Below are positions 24,501 through 36,109 of a stretch of 64,000 nucleotides of DNA, piece by piece (positions within the stretch are counted from its first letter, which is position 1; each line of letters begins with the position of its first letter). The stretch comes from Centroscyllium fabricii. Lineage: Eukaryota. A model generated the notes under the pieces. That model was not told the origin of the DNA, did no database searches, and saw only the letters and a program-made list of their open reading frames with translations. The stretch lies in NCBI GenBank assembly GCA_051313645.2, contig JBNRSN020000008.1, positions 257,548,001 to 257,612,000 of the forward strand, written 5' to 3'. A program made the translations under genes and the position numbers.

Positions 24501-27500
24501 GACACGCCCAGGAGAGGGGACCATTGTCTCTCTGTCTCCGCAGTGCTACATCAAGCTCGGCCCAGATTAGGGGGCTATTAACATCCTCTCTGCACATTAC
24601 CACCTCAGGTTAGGCCCAGATTAAGGTACCACTGACACTCCATCTCCAAACTGCCACAACAGGCGTGGCCCTATTTGGTGAACATTGTTACTCCATCTCC
24701 ACACTGCCAGCTCAGGATAGGCCCAGATTAGGGGACCATTGACTCTCTGACTTCACACTGACAGCTAGGCTAGGCCCAGATTAGGAGACCATTGACACTC
24801 TGACTTCACACTGCCACAACAAGCTGTGCCCATTTTAGGGGCCCATTAACACTCTGTCTCCAAACTGCCAACTAGGCTAGGCACACTATCGGAGACCATT
24901 GACACTCTGCCTCGAAACTGCCACTGCAGCCTAGGCCTAGATTAAGGGAAAATTGACACTCTGTCTCCACAAAGTAACCTCAGCCTATGCCCAGATTAGG
25001 GGGCCACTGAAACTCTGTCTCCACATTGCCAACTCATGGTAGGCCCAGAACTGGGTCCATTGAAACACTGTCCCAACATTGCTAACTCAGACGAGTCCCA
25101 GATTTGAAGACCATGGACACTGTGTCACGACACTGCCATCTCATGCAAATCTCAGTTTTAGCCATCTTTGCACTCTGGCAAAACACTGCCACCTCATGCT
25201 AGGCACGGATTTGTTGACCATTGCACTCCGGCTGCACACTGCCTACCCTGGCTAAACCCAGATCAGGGGACCATTGACAGTCTGTCTCTACACTGCATCT
25301 TCAATCTAGGCCCAGATTAGGGGACCTTTGACTCTCTGTCTCCAAACTGCCACCTCAGGCTAGGCATGGATTAGGAGACCTTTGACAGTCTGTATTCACA
25401 CTGCCACCTCAAGCTAGGGCCGGATTAGGGGACAATCGTCACTCGGTCTCCACACTGCCACATCACCTAGGCCCAGATTAGGGGACTTTTGACTCTCTGT
25501 CTCCAAACTGCCACCTCAAGCTAGGCATGGATTGGGGGACCATTGACAGTCTGTATTCACACTGCCATCTCAGGCTAGGCATAGATTAGGGGACCTTTGA
25601 CACTCTGTCTCCACACTGCCACCTCAGGCTAGGCTCATATTAGTGGACAATCGTCACTCGGTCTCCACACTGCCACATCACCTAGGCCCAGATTAAGGCA
25701 CAATTGACACTCTGTACTCACACTGCCACCTCAGGCTAGGCCCAGATTCGGGGACCATTGCCACTCTGTTCAAACACTGCCAGCTCAAACTAGGCCCAGA
25801 TTAGGGGACAATTGACACTCTGTTCAAACACTGCTAGCTCAGGGTAGGCCCAGATTAGTGGACAATTGACACTCTGTATCCACACGGCCACATCATGCTA
25901 GGCACAGATTAGGGGACAATTGACACTCTGTATCCATACTGCTATCTGAGGCTAGACCCAGATCAGAGGACAATTGACCCTCTAAATCCACACTGCAACC
26001 TCAAGCTAGGGCCAGATTAGGGGACCATTGAAACTCTGTCTCCACGCTGCCACCTCAGGAATTGACCAGATTTGGCAAGATTGACTCTCTGTACCACTGT
26101 CCACCTCAGGCTGTTCCCGGGTTATGGGATGATTGACAGTCTGTCTCCACAATGCCACCTCATTCTAGGCCCAGACCTGGGGACCATTGACTCTCTGTCT
26201 CCACAATGCCACCCTGTGCTAGACACAGAACGGGGTCCATTGAAACTCTGTCTGCACATCGCCAACTCATTGTAGTCCCAGGTTTGAGTACCATTGACAC
26301 TCTGTCTAGACGCTGCCACATCAACTAGGCCCAGATTCGGGGACCATTGACACTCTGTCTCCACATTGCCAACTCATGGTAGGCCCAGAACTGGGTCCAT
26401 TGAAACACTGTCCCAACATTGCCAACTCAGACTAGTCCCAGATTTGAAGACCATGGACACTGTGTCACGACACTGCCATCTCATGCAAATCTCAGTTTTA
26501 GCCATCTTTGCACTCTGGCAAAACACTGCCACCTCATGCTAGGGACGGATTTGTTGACCATTGCACTCCGGCTGCACACTGCCTTCCCAGGCTAAACCCA
26601 GATTAGGGGACCATTGACAGTCTGTCTCTACACTGCATCTTCAATCTAGGCCCGGATTAGTGGACAATTGATGGTCTGTCTCCAAACTGCCACCTCCGGC
26701 TAGGCTTGGATTAGGGGACCATTGACACTCTGTATTCACACTGCCAACTCAGGCTAGGCTCATATTAGTGGAAAATCGTCACTCGGTCTCCACACTGCCA
26801 CATCACCTAGGCCCAGATTAGGGGACAATTGACTCACAGACTGACCATTCCCTGCTCAAGACACGCCCAGGAGAGGGGACCATTATCACTCTGTCTCCGC
26901 AATGCCACCCTGTGCTAGGCACAGACCTAGGTCCATTGAAACTCTGTCTCCACATCAACAACTCATAGTAGTCCCAGTTTTGAGGACCATTGACACTCTG
27001 TCTCCTCGCTGCTAAATCAAGCTCGGCCCAGATTAGAGAACCATTGATACTCTGTCTCCACACTGCCACCTCAAGATAGGCCCAGATTAGGGGGCTATTA
27101 ACACCCTCTCTGCACATTATCTCCTCAGGTTAGGCCCACATTGGGGACAATTGACACTCAGTCTGGACACTGCCACCTCAAGATAGGCCCAGATTAGGGA
27201 CCATTGATACTCTGTCTCCATACTGCCACCTCATGATAAAACCAGATTGGGGCATGATTGACAGTCTGTATCCACGTTCCACATCAGGCTATGTGCAGAT
27301 TTGCGGACCATTGGCACTCTGTCTCAACAATGCCACCTCATTCTACACACAGGTATGGGGACCATTGACACTCTGTCTCCACATTGCCAACTCATGGTAG
27401 TCCCAGAGCTGGGTCCATTGAAACTATTTCTCCACATTGGCAACTCAGACTAGTCCCAGATTTGAAGACCGTGTCACGACACTGCCATCTCATGCAAATC

Positions 27501-30411
27501 ACAGTTTTAGCGATCTTTGCGCTCTGGCAAAACACAGCCACCTCATGCTAGGCATGGATTTGTTGACCATTGACAGTCTGTCTCTACCCTTCCTCTTCAA
27601 TCTCGTCCCAGATTAGGTGACCTTTGACAGTCTGTCTCCACACTACCACCTCAGGCTAGGCATAGATTAGGGGACCTTTGACACTCTGTATTCACACTAC
27701 CACATCAGGCTAGGCTCATATTAGTGGACAATTGTCACTCGGTCTCCACACTGCCTCATCACCTAGGCCCAGATTAGGGGACAATTGACACTCTGTATTC
27801 ACACTGCCTCATCACCTAGGCCCAGATTAGTGGACAATTGACACTCTGTTCACACACTGCCAGCTCAGGTTAGGCCCAGATTAGGGGACAATTGACACTC
27901 TGTTCAAACACTGCCAGCTCAGGCTTGGCCCAGATTTGGGGACAATTGCGACTCTGTCTCCATACTGCTATTTCAGGCTGGACCCAGATTAGAGGACCAT
28001 TGACCATCTGTCTCCACACTGCAAACTCAGGCTAGGCCCAGATTTGAGCACCTTTGACCCTCTGTCTCCACACTGCAACCTCAAGCTAGGGCCAGATTAG
28101 GGGACCATTGAACCTCTATCTCCACGCTGCCACCTCAGGACATGACCAGATTTGGCACGTTTCACACTCTGTATCCACTTTCCACCTCAGGCTATTACCG
28201 GGTTTAGGGGAACATTGACACTCTGTATCACAATGCCACGTCATTCTCAGCCCAGATTTGGGGACCATTGACACTCTGTCCCCACATTGCCACCTCGTGC
28301 TAGGCCCACAACTGGGTCCATTGAAACTCTGTCTCCACATTGCAAACTCAGTGTAGTCCCAGATTTGAGTACCATTGACACTCTGCCGCCTCGCTGCCAC
28401 ATTAACCATGCCCATATTAGGGAAACATTGACCCTCTGTCTCCACACTGCCACCTCAGGCTAGGCACAGATTCAGGGACCATTGACACTCGGACTCCAAT
28501 CTGCTACCGCTAGCTAGGCTCAGATTAGGGGACAATTAAATCTCTGTCTCCACTCTGCCACATTATGCTAACCCTAGATTAGCGGTCCATTGACTCTCTG
28601 TCTTCACTCTGCCAATTTATACGAGTCCCAGATTAGGAGATCATTGACACTCTGTCTCCACACTGCCCCTCGGTCTAGGCCCAGATTAGGAGATCATTGA
28701 CTCTCTGTCTCCACACTGCCCCTCGGTCTAGGCCCAGGTTAGGAGATCATTGACACTCTGTCTCCACACTGCCCCCTCGGTCTAGGCCCAGATTAGGAGA
28801 TCATTGACACTCTGTCTCCACACTGCCCCTCGGTCTAGGCCCAGATTAGGAGATCATTGACACTCTGTCTCTACACTGCCCCCTCGGTCTAGGCCCAGAT
28901 TAGGAAATCATTGACACGCTGTCTCCACACTGCCCCCTCGGTCTAGGCCCAGATTAGAGAACCAATGCCTGCCCAGGCTAGGACCAGATTAGGGGAGAAT
29001 TGACATACAGACTGGACATTGCCTGCTCAAGATAGGCCCAGGTTAGGGGACCATTGACACACATCAAGCTCGGCCAGATTAAGGAACCATTGGCACTCTG
29101 TCTCCACATCAGGCTAGGCCCAGGTTAGGAGACCTTTGACACTCTATCTCCACTCTGCCACCTCAGGCTAGGCCCGGATTAGGCGACTATTAACACCCTC
29201 TCTGCACATTGCCTCCTCAGGCAAGGCCCAGATTAGGGGACCATTGACAGTCTGTCTGTACACTGCCTCTTCAATCTAGGCCCAGGTTAGGGGACAATTG
29301 ACACACTGTCTCCACACGGCCACATCATGCTAGGCACATTTTTGGGGACAATTGAAAATCTGTATCCACACTGCTATCTCAGGCTTGACACAGATTAGGG
29401 GAACATTGACAATCTGTCCCCACATTGACACTCTGTCCCCACATTGCCGCCTCGGGCTAGGCCCAGTTTGGTGAATCATTGACACTCCATCTCCAAACTG
29501 CCACTTGGTCCTATTAGGTGACCATTGACCCTCTGTCTCGGCCCAGATTAGGCGGCTATTAACACTCTGACTCCACATTGCCTCCTCAAGCTAATGAACT
29601 GATAAGGTGACAATTGACACTCAGTCTGCACACAACAACCTCAAACTAGGCCCAGATTAGGTGACCATTGACACTCTGTCTCCACACTGTCACCTCAGTC
29701 TAGGCCCAGATTAGGGGACTATTGACACTCTGTCTCCACACTGTCACCTCAGTCTAGGTCCAGCTTAGGGGACCATTGACACTCTGTCTCCAAATTGCCA
29801 CCTCAGTCTAGGTCCAGATTAGGGGACCATTGACACTCTGTCTCCACACTGTCACCTCAGTCTAGGTCCAGATTAGGGGACCATTGACTCTCAGTCTGGA
29901 CACTGCCACCTCAGGGTAGGCCCAGATTTTTGCAAAATTGACACAGAGTTAAGATTCATTCCCTGCACCCAGTCCATTGAAACACTGCTATCTACTACCA
30001 GCAAACATTGTCAGCTCAGCCTCTATGCTTATTGAACCCGAAGCCATATTTTATCAACTTGAGTGTCAATCTCCCCAATGCTTTCTTTACCAACTGCCCC
30101 ACTTCCCAACTCCTAAAATGACAAGGTTTCCTGAGTGCTACACCGCAAGTATTGACCTCGATAACGTTCCAAACCCGTGTTATGGACCATCTTCCCAGGT
30201 TTCACTCGTTACCAGTGTGCCAGTGAATTAATTTGAAGATCCTTTCCCACCCCTTCAAATCCTGCATGCCCGACTCCCTTCCTATCTCAGCGATCCTCTC
30301 AATCCATACATCACTGGGGACAATCTATGTTCTGGTGGCTTTTCCCATGGCAGAAGATTACTCTTCATTCACCGCTCCTTCAGCTCCACCATTGGCAGAC
30401 ATTCATCCATG

Positions 30412-31037
30412 AACTGGAGTAGGTTGGGCATCTACTCATTTGAGTTCAGAAGAGTGAGAGGCCATCTTATTGAAACATGCAGGATTGTGAGGGAGCTTGA
30501 TCGGGTGGACGCAGTGAGGATGTTTCAACTGATGTGTGGGACTAAAACTAGGGGGCATAATCTGAGAATAAGGGGCTGCCCTTTCAAAACTGAGATGAGG
30601 AGAAACTTTGTCACTCAGAGGGTGGTAGGCCTGTGGAATTTGCTACCCCAGAGAGATGTGCAAGCTACTACATTGAATAAATTTTAAACCAAGATTGGCA
30701 GTTTCCTGCAAGTAAAGGGAATTAGGGGTTACGGTGAGCGGCTAGGTAAGTGGACGTGAGGCTATGTTCAGATCGCCCATGTGATCTCCTGGACCAGTTT
30801 CGATCAATTAGATGGGTCGGAGAGGAATTTCCCAGATGTTTTCACCCAAATTGGCTGATGGGTTTTTGTCTGGTTTTTCGCCTCTCCCGGGAGATCACAT
30901 GAGTTCGGGAAGGATGGAGAGTGAAAGTAGATTTGAAGTTAAGATCAGATCAGCCATGATCTTGCTGAATGGTGGAGCAGGCTCGAGGGAATGATTGGCC
31001 TACTCCTGCTCCTAGTTCTGATGTTCTTATTCTTATG
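30412..31037 (+). mobile_element. 5'-truncated CR1 (ORF2 C-terminus plus 3' UTR)
   Basis: LGIYSFEFRRVRGHLIET..TRGHNLRIRG..EMRRNF; CR1 tail with (TTCTTA)-like repeats. Confidence 0.9.
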
Positions 31038-31831
31038 AACTACACCCCGGGTATCTACAAATCACAGGAACACAGCAACAGGAAGAGTGCATCCAGGCCC
31101 TGGAGCACCTTCCGTCATTCAGTAAGATCATGTCTGATCTGTGATCGAGCTCCATATATCCATGTTTCCATCATATCCCTTATAACTTTTCTGAACAAAC
31201 AGCTATCAACCTCAATTTAATAATAAAAGATGATCGACCACCAACTACCATTGGTGGAAACTTCAAATAAACTTGGCGTGTAGAAATGTTTGCAAACTTC
31301 ACTTCTCCCCTGACGGATCCCCCTCTCTCTGCTGTTCAACCTCTCCTCAGTGCACTGCTCTCTCACTGGACGCTCACCACTCGAGACCACTTTAAATTTC
31401 TCCCTCCTGCTTGGTGCCCCTTTTGGGTTCCCTGCCCTGCAGAAGGTTCTGAGTCATCTCTAATATAAGTTGTCATGGTAGAAGTGGGTGGTCAGAAAGG
31501 TGCAAGAAGGTAATGTGTTGATGGTCCACACCGTTCTGTGGTGGCCCTAGTTTCACGCCTCTCTCCTCCATTCACACTGTAGCTATAATGGCAAGGTGCT
31601 TACTCTGATGCGGGGATTCCCTATCACTGTCCAACAAACACTGGGCAGCTTTCCTGCAACTTCGAGCAATGAGAAGATTCGCAAATTTTTATCTGGAAAA
31701 CAATAGGACTATTATTGCGACTCGGATTATATTTATTTTCACTATGTTTGTAAGTAATAACATTTGCTTCAATTATTTTCACAATAAATGTGTTTCTTCT
31801 GTTCATTTCCAGGTGTGCATGGATTAAAATC

Positions 31832-32005
31832 ACTCACATTGCCCTCTGCCAACCCCAGCTCCTGCCCACGTTATCGACAACTGATGAATTTTAACCAGGG
31901 GCTCAAACCTGTCACCAGGTGACATCACACAGGGAGCTAGCAGCCAATCAGATAGCAGCAAGGGCAGGCTCCGCCCTCTGACAGTCTGACAGGGTCACAT
32001 GACCA
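31832..32005 (-). promoter_or_regulatory. Putative promoter plus first exon (copy B)
   Basis: GGTCACATGACC 31993-32004, CTCCGCCC, CCAAT 31944-31948, TGACATCA 31920-31927, TTAAAA 31889-31894, donor GTGAGT 31832-31837. Confidence 0.4.
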
Positions 32006-32392
32006 GGCTCTGCTCCTGGTGCTGTCTCCCTGGCCTGGAGCAGAGGTTGCAGGACCTGCCCAGTTGTTCTATGTCCCTGTCTACATCACATGACCAGGCT
32101 CTGCTCCTGGTGCTGTCTCCCTGGCCTGGAGCACAGGTTGCAGGATCTGCCCAGTTGTTTTATGGCCCTGTCTCTGAACCAAGCTCTTTGTCTAACGATG
32201 TCACAGACAGAAAGCACAGAACCCAATCATTGGTTTTTTATAATCTTGTTTCGCGACCTCATAATGCGAATCCTCACTTTCAAATACCCATCAACCACTC
32301 ATCTACATCCTCCATCATCAAACTGATGCCCCGGCAATCTGAGTTCATGATGCAGGATGTGGTAAAGACATGTCCCGCTCCTTATTGAGGAA

Positions 32393-33026
32393 ACATAGAA
32401 ACATAGAAGATAGGAGCAGGAGCAGGCCATTCGGCCCCTCGAGCCTGCTCCGCTATTCAATGCGATCATGGCTGATCATCCAAACTCAGTATCCCGTACC
32501 TGCTTTCTCCCCATATCCCTTGATCACTTCAGCCAGAACAAATATATCCAACACCTTCTTGAATATATTTAATGAACCGGCCTCCACCGCCCTCTGTGGC
32601 AGAGAATTCCACAGGTTCACCACTCTCTGGGTGAAGAATTTCCCCTCATCCCAGTCCTAAATTGCTTTCCCCTTATCCTTAGACTATGGCCCCTGCTTCT
32701 GGACTCCCCTTTCATTGGAAACATCCTTCTTGCATCTAGTTTGTCCCTGCCTGAAATAATTTTATAAGTTTCAACGAGATCCCCTCTCAATCATCTGGAC
32801 GCCAGTGATTATAAGCCCAATCAACTCAATCTCACCCCATACATCATGCCTTCCATCACAGGTATCAGCCTGGTGAATCTTCACTGCACTCCTTCAATGG
32901 CAAGAACGTCCTTCCTCAGATGAGGGGACCAAAACTGCTCGACCTGGTCTCACCAAGGTCCTGTAGAGCTGCAGCAAGACATCCTTGATCTTTTATTCGA
33001 ACCCTCTTGCTACGAAGGCCAACATG
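32393..33026 (-). mobile_element. 5'-truncated CR1
   Basis: (CATAGAAA)n tail at ~32394 and degraded ORF2 C-terminus. Confidence 0.85.
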
Positions 33027-33645
33027 AAAGGGCATATGGGATACTTGCCTTCATTTGCCGAGGCGTACAGTATAAAAGCAGGTAGATTATGATGGAGCTC
33101 TACAATACGCTGGTAAGTCCACAGCTGGAGTACTGTGTGCAGATCTGGTCGCCACACTATAGGAAGGATGTGATTGCTTTGGAGAGGGTGCAGAGCAGAT
33201 TCACCAGGATATTACCTGGGCTGGAGTGTTTCAGCTATGAATAAAGACTGGACAGGCTCGGGTTGTTTTCCTTGGAGCAGAGCAGGCTGAGGAGGGAGCT
33301 TATTGAGATGTACAAAATTATGAGTGGCATAGATAGGGCAGAGAGAGATGAACATTCCCTTAGTAGTGGGCTCAATAACAAGATGGCATTGTTTCAGGGT
33401 AAGGGGCAGGAGGTTTAGAGGGGATTTGAGGAAGAACTTTTTCAACCAGAGGTTGTTTGGAATATGGCACTCTCAAAACATCCAAGAAGCATTTGGATGA
33501 GGACGTGAAATGCCACAGCATACAATGCTATGGACCAAACGCTGGAAATGGGATTGGAATAGACAGGGCTTGATGGTTGGCGTGGACGTGATGGGACGAA
33601 GGGCCTCTTTCAGTGGTGTATAGCTGTATGCCTCTATGACTCTAT
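33027..33645 (+). mobile_element. 5'-truncated CR1 (different subfamily)
   Basis: PQLEYCVQIWSPHYRKDVIALERVQ..; 3' tail tatgactcta. Confidence 0.85.
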
Positions 33646-34195
33646 ACCAACCACAGTGGAGGGGAATCCACGGTTAAGATCTAAGGAAGAAATGTTGGAT
33701 GAACTGGTGTGGAAGGTGGCATCGTTGGAGCAGATGAGGCGGAGATGGAACTAGGAGAATGGAATAGAGACCTTACAGGAGGCGGGGTGGGAGGAAGTGT
33801 AGTACCAGTAGCTGTGGCCTTGTAGGGAATAATTGTCAATAACTATCCCGAGATATGGAGATGGAGAAGTCGAGGAAGGGAAGGTGAGAGTTGGAGATGG
33901 ACCATGTGAAGGTGAGGAAAGAGTGGAAATTGGAAGCAAAGTGCGTGAAATTCTCTAGTTCAGGGCGAGAGCAGGAAGCAGCACCACTATAGTCATCAAT
34001 AAACTGCGATAAGAGATGAGGAAGGCGACCCGAGCAGGACTGGATCAAGGAGAGTCCAATATATCCCTCAAAAACCTGGCATAGCTAGGAACCTTGCCGG
34101 TTCCGATAGCAAGACCTTTGATCTGGGGGAAGTGAGTGGAGTTGTTTAATGTGAGAACAATTTCAGCCAGGCGGAGGAGTGTGTTGGTGGATGGG

Positions 34196-34625
34196 AAACA
34201 TAAGAAATATGAACAGGAGTCGGCAAAAGGGCCCCTCGAGCCTGCTCCGCCATTCAATAAGATCATGATTGGGCTGATCCTAGCCTAAACTCTACTTTCA
34301 CTCTCCATCCCACCCGAAACCATGTGATCTCCTGGGAGAGGCGAAAATCCATTTAAACCCCAGGCCAATTTGGTGGAAAAAATCTGATAATTTCCTCTCT
34401 GACCCATCTTGATGATCGAAACTCGTCCAGGAGATCACTCTGGCCCTGAATTTCCTGCATTACCGACCTACCGTAAGATGTGATCTCCAGCCCAGCCAGG
34501 AACAGGCCCATTTTACTCTTGAAGTGCACCAGCGAATCAGCATGCACTGCCCTAGCTGGCAGCCTGTTCCCGAGGTCTCCACTACTCCCTGTGAAAAGAA
34601 ACATCTCCTGACATCTAGCATAGAA
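34196..34625 (-). mobile_element. CR1 3' fragment with extended 3' UTR
   Basis: CR1 tail at 34196-34300, ORF end FFSQGVV.. Confidence 0.75.
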
Positions 34626-36109
34626 TTAGAACACCAGAAATAATAGCAGGACCAGGCCACAGGGCCCCTGGGACCGCTCCACCAACCACAGGACTATGGC
34701 CCATCCGAACCTAGGCTCACGTCCACTTATCTGCCTGCTCCCACAACCCCTAATTCCCTTTTCTTCGAGGACACTCTCTATCTCTGTTTTAAATTTACTG
34801 AATGTAACTACTTCCACAGCTCTGGGCAGCAAGTTCCACAGATTTACCGCCCGCTGAGTGAAGATCTTTCTCCTTATCTCAGTTTTGAAACGGCAGCCCT
34901 TTCTTCTATGATTATGTCCCCTAGTTCTAGTTTCACCCATCATTGGAAACATCCTCACCCAATCCACGCAATCATGCCACCTCACAATCTTATACGTTTC
35001 AATAAGATCGCCTCCCATTCTTCTGAACTCCAATGAGTAGAGGACCAATCTACTAAACCTCTACACATATTTCAACCCCCTCATTCCCGTAATTAACCGA
35101 GTGAACCTTCACTGTACTGACTCGAGAGCAAGTATGTCTTTTCATAAATATGGAGACCAAAACTGTATGCAGTATTACAGGTTTTGTCTCAACAATACCC
35201 TGTACAACTGCAGCAAGACGTCCCTGATTTTATACTCCATCTCCATAGCAATAAAAGCCAACATTCCATTGACCTTCCTAATCAACTGCTGCACCTGCAT
35301 ACTAACCTTTTGTGTTTCATGGACCAGGACACCTAGATCTCTTTGCACTGTTGTACATTGCAGATTCTTTCCATTAATATAATAAACTCCTCTGTGAGTT
35401 TTCTTGCCAAAATGCATAACCTCGCAATTTCCAGTATTATATTCCATCTGCCAAATCTCTGCCCACTCACCTAGCCTGTCTAAGTTCCTTTGCAGGTTTT
35501 TTATGACCTCCTCAATCACTACTTTCCCTCCCATCTTTGTATCATCTGCAAACCTTGATATGTTACACTCGGTTTCCGCCTCCAAATCGGTAATATAGAT
35601 TTTAAAGAGTTGCGGTCCCAGCACTGACCCCTGTAGAACACCGCCAGTCACTGATTGCCAGCCTGAGAATGAACCATTTATCCCAACTCTATGCTTTCTG
35701 ATAGAAAGCCAATCCTCCACCCATGCCTGTAAATTACCCCCAATCCCGTCAATATTTATCTTGAGCAGTAATCTTTTGTGTGGCACATTGGCAAATGATT
35801 TTGGAAGTCCAAATACACTCAATCTACTAGTTCCCCTTTATCCACCCTGTACGTTACGTCCTCAAAGAACTGGAGTAAATGTGTCAAATATGACTTCCCC
35901 TTCGTAAAACTATGCTGACTTTGTCTTATTAAATTATGTTTCTCGAAATGTCCTGTTACTGTTTCTTTAATAATGGACTCCAACATGTTACAAACCACAG
36001 ATGTTAGGCTAACTGGTCTACAGTTTCCAGCCTTCTGTCTACTACCTTTTTAAATAAGGGCGTTACATCAGCAGTTTTTCATTCTGCTGGGACCTTTGCT
36101 GAGTCCAGG
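34626..36109 (-). mobile_element. CR1 ORF2 fragment, degraded
   Basis: GVLQGSVLGP, FADD, QRDLGV, TRGH motifs. Confidence 0.9.

Larger units (their letters stand above)
16720..29930. repeat. 54-bp satellite array (~230 monomers), consensus CACACTGCCACCTCAGGCTAGGCCCAGATTAGGGGACCATTGACACTCTGTCTC
   Basis: Period 54 (CAGATT at 16761 and 16815); diverged interior with near-identical monomer runs close to both ends. Confidence 0.97.
29995..32380. repeat. Diverged duplicated block, copy B
   Basis: Paralog of 305-2365; has its own CR1 insert and a 91-bp tandem duplication (31995/32086); lacks the CR1 tail and SINE of copy A. Confidence 0.85.

Noticed and set aside
16720-29930. Satellite as a coding repeat (54 bp = 18 codons)
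   Set aside because: The consensus monomer has a stop codon in each of the six frames; ORFs in the array are short chance read-throughs
16720-29930. CACACTG in each monomer as a V(D)J RSS heptamer
   Set aside because: No ACAAAAACC-like nonamer at 12 or 23 bp and no V, D or J segments
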